DNA of 64,000 nucleotides from Terriglobia bacterium (GTDB taxonomy: Bacteria > Acidobacteriota > Terriglobia > 2-12-FULL-54-10): positions 32,001 through 96,000 of the forward strand of contig CAXVYR010000002.1 in assembly GCA_963666975.2 (NCBI GenBank). The letters are read 5' to 3'. The translations under genes were made by a program, and so were the position numbers. Of the stretch, positions 57,585 through 64,000 are shown piece by piece. The notes beneath the pieces are model-generated. The model saw nothing but the letters and a program-made list of their open reading frames with translations, was not told where the DNA came from and searched no databases. Position 1 is the stretch's first letter. Every line of letters begins with the position of its first letter.

Positions 57585-60500
57585 TTATTGGGCGGGCGCT
57601 TCGGCGACCGGAAACACGACGGTGTTGCTGATGATGTCAAATTGGGTAACGGAACCGAAAATGATGAGGTTCTGGGCAAGCGATAATTTCGTTTCCGGGT
57701 CTGGAGTTATGGAGTCCGGGACGAGGAAATTTACTTGGTAAAGTCCTACCGCGCCTTTCACCAGGCCCGCAAAGGTAACCGAGGCGGGGGTTCCGTTGGT
57801 AATGTTCAGGCTTTGCAGCAGCGCGGTGAGGGTGGCGCCCTCCGATACGGAGGCCGTAAAGGACACGCTTGTCCCGACGGCATTCTTGGCGCCCAAAACG
57901 ATTCGGAGGTTCGCAGTATCTGCGGTAGCAGAAACGTTGGAGTCGTTGTTGATGAGGCTGGCCAGCCTGGTCACGACCGTCTCCAGCGTGTCGTCTTCGA
58001 CTGTCGTGTAGGAATAGACAGTTCCGCTGAGCGTGACCGTCACAGTTTGGCCCGGTCCCGCAGTCCCGCCGATGAAGACGTCTCCGGGCACCGTAGCAGT
58101 GATGTCTCCCAGCGTAACACTGACAGTGTTAATCGCGTTGGCAACTCCGGGGGCCAAGTGGTCGCTGGGCGTAAACGCGGTCATGGTGATCCCCCCCGGT
58201 CCCGTAGCGGTAGCTGAGAATGAAATGTTCAGTCCTCCGTCAGGGTTCCTGAGCTGCAGGTTCACTGCGAGATTGGCGAGGTCCGCTGTGGCAGAGACGT
58301 TCGGATCGTTGTCGAGCAACTCGGCCAGCTTGCTGACGACCGTCTCCAAGGTATCCCCGGCGACGGTTGTATAAGAAATAACGGTGGTGTTGGCGAGAAC
58401 GACGTTCACGATATTGTCCGGCTCCACAGCGCCGCCTATGGTTACGGTTCCGGGCACCAGAGTAGCGGACCCTGTATCCACTGTGAGGAGGGTTGCCGAG
58501 GTCACAGAGACCGTATAGGGAACATTCAAGGCGTCGTCGGGATTCCTAAGAAGCAGGTTGATGGTGAAAGCGTCCAGGTCCGCCGTGGCAAAGACGTTGG
58601 GATCGAAGTTGATCGATTCGGTCAACCGGAGCACGACCGTCTCTAATGTGTCCCCTGCAACGGGAGTGTAGGAAATGACAGTGCCGGTAAGAGTGATCGT
58701 CACGGTCTGTTCCGGTGTCGGTGTCCCGCCGAGGGTCACGCTTCCGGGGACCACCTCCTGAGCTTCCACGCTTGCCGTTAGGGTGGAACCCAGCGGTGCG
58801 GAGGCCCCATAGGTAAGGTTCGCCCCTTCATCGCCGAAGACCCTTGCCCGCAAATTCACCATTGAATCAAGGGTGTCCGCAGTAGCAGTTACATTGGGGT
58901 CGTTTTCGCTGATGAGATCGGCCAGTCCGTTTACGACGTCCGCCAGAGTGTCTTCCTCAACCGTCGTGTAGGAATGGTCCAAACCGTCCACCGTGATCGT
59001 AGCGGTTTGGCCCGTCCCGGCAGTCCCTCCGATCGTGACGATTCCCGACGCGCCGAACTGCGCTGCAGCGCCGCCTAACACCGGGTGATCCACCGTTCCC
59101 AAGCCGGTCGCAAAAACGGTGAGCGTCTCCCCGGGTATGGCAGGCGATCCTTCCGTTACCGGCGTAAAGTCGGAGTGCACAACTACGCCAGCACCCTCCC
59201 CGGTTCCCGACCGGGAAAAGATTCCGGGCGCGCCGTTCGCCAGCGCCACCGGAGCAGCGGCGGAAACAACCGTTCCCGTGGGAGTCTGTTTCTCAATCAC
59301 CATCGAGGCGCTGAAGCCCTCCAATTCCCAGGGAACCTGAACGTTAATCTGTCCCGGAGAGACAAAAAACAGGGGGGCCTCCATGCCATTGAACTTTACC
59401 TTGACGCCCCCCATCTCGTTCGGCAGGGGGAGCGAATCGGCTCCGGCCGTGGTATCGGCCAGGTCGGCTCCGAAAATGGAGGCTATCCCGCCCCGCGCCA
59501 CCGGCGGCTGCGACAGAAAGACTCCGCAGGCAGCCGTTTGCGAGGCGGTGGAAAAGCTGGCGGCGTTAACTACTCCTCTCGGCGCCACCAGAGCGGGCCC
59601 GGGCAGGAAGCCCAAGACACGGCGGTTGCTGCTGTCGCTCACATACAGCATCTCGCCGTCGCTGGCCACCGACATCGGCACGGCGAAATTCGAGGCCGCG
59701 CAGCTTTCCAGCAGCCCCAGGAAATCCTCCTGCCCCAGCACAATGTCCGCCGCCGCTCCGTTTTCGGTGGGAATCGGGTTGTAGATCAAGATGCGGTTAT
59801 TGCCGGAATCGGCGATCAACAGGCGGGCACCGTCGCTCACGGCGTAGCGCGGAAAGTTGAAAGAGGTTTCCGTATTGCCCGCCGCATTGCTGGTCATGTC
59901 GGGCTGGCCCAAAACTACATCAGCGGTTGTGCCGTTTTGCGTGGGGATGCTGTTGTAGATGAGAACCCGGTTATTTCCGAGATCCGACACAATCAAACGC
60001 TGGCCGTCTGTGGTCGCGCTCATGGGGTTGACCATCGTAACGGCATCCGGGGGCATTATCTGGGTGGTGTCAGAACCCAAAACCACATCGGCGCTGGCCC
60101 CGTTCTGCGTTGGAATTTCGTTATAAATCAGAACACGATTGTTCAGCGTGTCCGCAATGATCAGGCGGACCCCGTCGGTATAAGCGCTGTTCGGACGGCG
60201 CAATTCGTTGGGGGCCGACCCGAAGTTCGACGTATCGAAACCCTGCTGTCCCACCACGACGTCCGCCGCCGCCCCGTTGGTTTCCGGAATCTGGTTGTAG
60301 ATGAGGACACGGTTGTTTCCCCAGTCCGCCACAAGAAGACGGCTCCCATCGGTCGCGACTCCCACCGGCTGGTTCATCCGCTGGGCGCTGGTACCGAATT
60401 CGGTGGTGTCAAAATCCGACTGCCCCACCACGACGCTGGCAGCAGGCAACTCATCTTGGGGCAGCCGCGCTTGGAGCGAACTCAAATCGTTGTAAATCAG

Positions 60501-60830
60501 AATGCGGTTGTGGTTGGGCGGAGAGAGATAGGAGCTGTCGGCCACAATGAGCTTGTTACCCGCGACGGCGATCCCGGAGATCGATCCCAGGTGAATCGCG
60601 CCGGGACCGACGCATTCCAGAGTGACCGTTTCATCCTCTGTTTCCGGCTCGACAAGCATCGTCGTGCAAAAAGAAATATCGGAGAAATTTCTCTGACCCA
60701 AAACAAAGGACGCCGCCTGCCCGGTATGGAGGCCTTGCGGAAGCGGAAATGGTTGCGATTGAGCAAACAGGTTTCCCGTCAAAGGGATGCTCAACAGCAA
60801 ACAGAGTAAGGCGACCCTACTCCTGGTCAT
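57585..60830 (-). CDS. Large secreted protein: NHL-like propeller + TIGR03437-type domain with four inserted ~95-aa repeats
   Basis: Signal peptide, ADVVLGQ.DF / NNRVLIYN repeats, VVNAASF, FVSPGQINVQVP, FATGLG, VGLYQVN. Confidence 0.85.
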   Translation of the reverse strand: MTRSRVALLCLLLSIPLTGNLFAQSQPFPLPQGLHTGQAASFVLGQRNFSDISFCTTMLVEPETEDETVTLECVGPGAIHLGSISGIAVAGNKLIVADSSYLSPPNHNRILIYNDLSSLQARLPQDELPAASVVVGQSDFDTTEFGTSAQRMNQPVGVATDGSRLLVADWGNNRVLIYNQIPETNGAAADVVVGQQGFDTSNFGSAPNELRRPNSAYTDGVRLIIADTLNNRVLIYNEIPTQNGASADVVLGSDTTQIMPPDAVTMVNPMSATTDGQRLIVSDLGNNRVLIYNSIPTQNGTTADVVLGQPDMTSNAAGNTETSFNFPRYAVSDGARLLIADSGNNRILIYNPIPTENGAAADIVLGQEDFLGLLESCAASNFAVPMSVASDGEMLYVSDSSNRRVLGFLPGPALVAPRGVVNAASFSTASQTAACGVFLSQPPVARGGIASIFGADLADTTAGADSLPLPNEMGGVKVKFNGMEAPLFFVSPGQINVQVPWELEGFSASMVIEKQTPTGTVVSAAAPVALANGAPGIFSRSGTGEGAGVVVHSDFTPVTEGSPAIPGETLTVFATGLGTVDHPVLGGAAAQFGASGIVTIGGTAGTGQTATITVDGLDHSYTTVEEDTLADVVNGLADLISENDPNVTATADTLDSMVNLRARVFGDEGANLTYGASAPLGSTLTASVEAQEVVPGSVTLGGTPTPEQTVTITLTGTVISYTPVAGDTLETVVLRLTESINFDPNVFATADLDAFTINLLLRNPDDALNVPYTVSVTSATLLTVDTGSATLVPGTVTIGGAVEPDNIVNVVLANTTVISYTTVAGDTLETVVSKLAELLDNDPNVSATADLANLAVNLQLRNPDGGLNISFSATATGPGGITMTAFTPSDHLAPGVANAINTVSVTLGDITATVPGDVFIGGTAGPGQTVTVTLSGTVYSYTTVEDDTLETVVTRLASLINNDSNVSATADTANLRIVLGAKNAVGTSVSFTASVSEGATLTALLQSLNITNGTPASVTFAGLVKGAVGLYQVNFLVPDSITPDPETKLSLAQNLIIFGSVTQFDIISNTVVFPVAEAPAQ

Positions 60831-61038
60831 GAGAAGATATATCACTCGAACCTTTCCTGTCCCGGCATGGCTTCCAAATGCTGGGTTTGCAATTTGCCAA
60901 TGACACTGACCGAATGGCTCTTCAACATATATTTTAGTCAAAGGCAGGCCTTCTGCGCAACCGGAAAGCTGCCATAAGTCATTCGGATCAGGGTTAGCAG
61001 GCTAGCACAGCCGGACCGCAAGGCCTGAACCGGTCTCA

Positions 61039-61047
61039 TGCTAGAAT
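61039..61047 (+). promoter_or_regulatory. Possible extended -10 promoter
   Basis: TGCTAGAAT about 30 bp before the large + strand ORF. Confidence 0.35.
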
Positions 61048-61078
61048 AGGCGGATCGGACGGCTTCGGGGTTTCTAAA

Positions 61079-64000
61079 TTGGGTTTCGACAAAAGGCACT
61101 CTTCTTCTTTTTTCTCGCGATTATCTCTTTTGCTTACTCTGGCGCTTTGTTTGCCGCCAGACGCCTACGCCGCCTCCGTCGGCGGGGATATGGTCTGCGG
61201 CACCTACCCGGGCCGCGTTTTTACAGAACTTGCGTTGCACAATCAGTACTCCAGACAGCGGGCGCGCCTTGGCTTCCAACCCCAGGCTGCCGCCCTCGCC
61301 GGACCGACCGCATCAGTGGACGAGGGCCACATCGCCGTTTTGACGGACGATGGAAGCCTGGTGACACAAGCCAATTCATTCGATATGGATCAAAGGAGCC
61401 TGACATTTGTTCCGGAGGCACAAGGTTTTACTGTATCGGCAGGGCCCGGCACTTTCGATCCGGACGCCGCCGCCAGCAATCCAGCCAATATCGGAGATGA
61501 CGGCACCCGGCAGGTGGCCCTCGGCTTCTCTTTCCCTTTTTTCGGAGAGCTGTACGGCGATGTATTCATCAACTCCGACGGGAACCTGACCTTCCGGGAA
61601 GGAGACACGGCTATCAACGAGAGAAGTCTAGCGCGGTTTCTGTCGGGGCCGCCACGGATCGCCCCTTACTTTGCGGACCTGGACCCTTCCGCTGCAGGTC
61701 AGTTGACCTACCTGTCATCGGGCAGCCGCTTTGTCGTCACATGGAGCGCGGTCCCTGACTATTCAGAGTTCGTGCTGGGGCCGCGGGAAACTTTTCAGGT
61801 GGTCCTCACGCCGGACGGCGGCATCCAGTTTGCCTATAGCGGCATCAACGGGCGGCAGACGATAGTGGGGGTCTCGCCCGGCGACTTCTCTGCTTTGCCG
61901 AACCTTCCCGACCTCAGTGAAACCAGCGCCGCTACGGTGCTGGAGGGGCCCGTAGCGGAGATCTTTACCGATTTGACCCGTCTCGACTTGGCCGCCATTG
62001 CCCAGCGTTTCTATCAGACACACGAGGACGTCTATGACTTCCTGATTGTGTTTACCGATTTTGATTTTGATATGGATGGAGCGTTTGCGTTTGCAGTGAA
62101 CGTCTCGAACCAAGTTACGGGCATTGGGGAAGTCTCCGTGCCGCCGGTCTTTGATTTTTCCAGCCAGTTCGGCAGCTCGCGCTTGCAGAGCGTGTTGAAT
62201 ATGGGGAATCTTCTGAAGTACCCCATCGATCCATCCACTATCTTTCTGCGAGGAGTCGATTCCACGCTCAGCATCCTGGGGCAGGAAGCCGGCCATCGTT
62301 TTTTGACCTACGTCACCTTCGACGACCCGGAGGGCAGTTCCAACAGCACGGCGCTGCTGGGGCGCGACCTGCAACACTGGAGTTTTCTTTTCAACTCCGA
62401 GGCCTCGGTGATGGAGGGAAACCGGATACGCGACAACGACAACGGAACCTTCACTACCACGGGCGCGGTGGAGCAGTTCAATAAGATTGACCAATACTTG
62501 ATGGGTCTTCTGGCCGCTCAAGAAGTGACATCCTCATTTCTGGTAAAAGAGCCGGGCATCCCCATCAGCCCCGCGCGCCCTCCGGAATTGAATGTGAGCT
62601 TTTCCGGCAAGCGGGCCGACGTAGTGATCCAGCAGATTATCGACGCCAACGGTCCCCGCGTGCCCAACTCCGTCATCGCCCAGAAAAACTTTAATTTTGC
62701 GTTTCTCCTGATAGCACAGCAAGGTGCTTCTCCAAGCCCGGAGCGAGTTGCGCATTTGGATACGATCCGGCAGCAGTGGGAACCATTCTTCGCCAGTGCC
62801 ACTTCGTTTCGGGGCGCAGCCAGCACCACGCTGATTCGCGGCCTGCGATTAACCCCCAGCCCGCTGGGCCTGTTTCCCGGAAACCAGGTGCAAGGGAAGC
62901 TCGAACTGCTGGCGCCGGCCGCCTCAGATATCACCGTCAGCTTGGCAAACTCCAGCCCTGCGGCGGCGAACATTCCACCAAGCGTGGTTATACCCAGCGG
63001 GACCACTTTCTCCACTTTCCCGATCTCAGCCCTTAGTCCCGGCAGAGCCTTGGTGAGCGTCTCTGCTCCGGGTTTTGAAACCAGCTCAACGGTAGTGGAA
63101 GTCCTTTCGGGGCTCACAGAACCGAACCTTTCGCTTGCTGCCACAGCGGGTGACGGTCAGCTCGGCAGCCCGGGGAGCGCTTTGAGCCAGCCCCTGCTGG
63201 TGGCGGTTCAAGATTCCAATCAAATCCCCTTCGCCGGAGTCCCGGTCGAATTTGCAGTGCAACAAGGGAATGCCTCGCTCACGGCGGCCTCAACGAGCAC
63301 CGACGCATTAGGAAATGCTTCTGTGACGGTTTTATTGGGAGCGGAGTCCGGTTCGATTACGGTCACGGCCACCGTGCCCGCGACCTCATTGACTGCCAGC
63401 TTTACAGTGTTTTCCGTGGGCAACGCCCTGGTCCCGCAGGCTGGAATCGTCAATGGCGCGAGTTTCGGTCCCGAACCGGCATCTTTGTCCCCCGGCTCTA
63501 TCATCTCCATCTTTGGGACAAACTTGTCTGCCTCCACCGCTACCGCTTCCGTTCTGCCTCTTCCGGCCAACCTGGCAAACACGACGGTAGAAATCGGCGG
63601 GATGCAAGTTCCGCTCTTCTTTGTATCCCCGGCGCAGATCAACGCTCAAATCCCCTTCGAGCTGAACGGCTCCACCGTCTCCCTGACGGTCGACAACGGG
63701 GTGTCTTCTTCAATGCCTGTTTCTCTTACTCTCGATACCGTTCGTCCCGGAATATTCAGCCAGGACTCCAGCGGCAGCGGACCTGGCGCAATCACCCACC
63801 CTGTCAGCCAGCTTCCGGTGAGCGCTTCCCTGCCAGCCACGGCAGGGAAATTTGTGCAAATCTTCGCGACCGGATTGGGAGATGTGATGCCCAGCGTTCC
63901 CAGCGGACGGCCTGCGCCCCTTTTTACTGTTTCCCGTACAACTTCCCTGGTTGAAGTTACGATGAACGGCGTTCCGGCGGATGTCGATTTTGCGGGGCTG
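61079..64000 (+). CDS. Large secreted protein (NIDO-like + zincin-like + Ig-like + TIGR03437-type domain), 3' partial; absent from ORF track
   Basis: Same frame at both ends and coding wherever translated: signal peptide, FPFFG.LY..VFINSDGNLTF, LGQEAGHRF, VNGASF, FVSPAQINAQIP, FATGLG, ends DFAGL. Confidence 0.85.
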   Translation, partial: MGFDKRHSSSFFSRLSLLLTLALCLPPDAYAASVGGDMVCGTYPGRVFTELALHNQYSRQRARLGFQPQAAALAGPTASVDEGHIAVLTDDGSLVTQANSFDMDQRSLTFVPEAQGFTVSAGPGTFDPDAAASNPANIGDDGTRQVALGFSFPFFGELYGDVFINSDGNLTFREGDTAINERSLARFLSGPPRIAPYFADLDPSAAGQLTYLSSGSRFVVTWSAVPDYSEFVLGPRETFQVVLTPDGGIQFAYSGINGRQTIVGVSPGDFSALPNLPDLSETSAATVLEGPVAEIFTDLTRLDLAAIAQRFYQTHEDVYDFLIVFTDFDFDMDGAFAFAVNVSNQVTGIGEVSVPPVFDFSSQFGSSRLQSVLNMGNLLKYPIDPSTIFLRGVDSTLSILGQEAGHRFLTYVTFDDPEGSSNSTALLGRDLQHWSFLFNSEASVMEGNRIRDNDNGTFTTTGAVEQFNKIDQYLMGLLAAQEVTSSFLVKEPGIPISPARPPELNVSFSGKRADVVIQQIIDANGPRVPNSVIAQKNFNFAFLLIAQQGASPSPERVAHLDTIRQQWEPFFASATSFRGAASTTLIRGLRLTPSPLGLFPGNQVQGKLELLAPAASDITVSLANSSPAAANIPPSVVIPSGTTFSTFPISALSPGRALVSVSAPGFETSSTVVEVLSGLTEPNLSLAATAGDGQLGSPGSALSQPLLVAVQDSNQIPFAGVPVEFAVQQGNASLTAASTSTDALGNASVTVLLGAESGSITVTATVPATSLTASFTVFSVGNALVPQAGIVNGASFGPEPASLSPGSIISIFGTNLSASTATASVLPLPANLANTTVEIGGMQVPLFFVSPAQINAQIPFELNGSTVSLTVDNGVSSSMPVSLTLDTVRPGIFSQDSSGSGPGAITHPVSQLPVSASLPATAGKFVQIFATGLGDVMPSVPSGRPAPLFTVSRTTSLVEVTMNGVPADVDFAGL

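Noticed and set aside
59085-60809. 574-aa + strand ORF
   Set aside because: Antisense shadow of the NHL-repeat protein.
61763-63840. Several minus-strand ORFs in the track
   Set aside because: Shadows of the unlisted long + strand gene 61079->64000.
1-64000. CRISPR array, cas genes or rRNA
   Set aside because: No regularly spaced repeat-spacer array or rRNA-like sequence seen; the repeats present are two-copy tandems or dispersed palindromic elements.

Overview
GC-rich (~60%) bacterial chromosomal window, most likely from an Acidobacterium (two TIGR03437/Solibacter-type C-terminal-domain proteins, an Oar-like TonB-dependent receptor, lpxC). Housekeeping genes (pgsA, lpxC, queF, polX, tRNA-Ser(UGA)) alternate with accessory material. 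This includes a vapBC-tenA unit, a type IV minor-pilin cluster shattered by interleaved IS3/IS256 remnants, and periplasmic redox modules (four c-type cytochromes, a Tat PQQ-type propeller plus a Tat cupredoxin). There is also a ~13 kb molybdo-hydroxylase/amidohydrolase/DASS catabolic cluster, and two divergent large surface proteins. The strongest candidate for an undescribed system is a ~2.1 kb low-GC mini-island in tRNA-Ser. It duplicates the 5' half of the tRNA plus its promoter rather than the usual 3' end, keeps only an integrase stub, and carries a coupled MazG/MazG-C + DUF1643 gene pair (candidate nucleotide-targeting defence module). Also notable are a MITE family with nested REP-like insertions (one repeat unit lies in frame in a cytochrome gene), a promoter-led ~144-nt rod-like RNA candidate upstream of NUDIX-queF, and recurrent 12-18 bp tandem duplications. 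Many frameshifts suggest gene decay or consensus errors. No rRNA or CRISPR array was seen. All family assignments are by eye from motifs; no searches were run.
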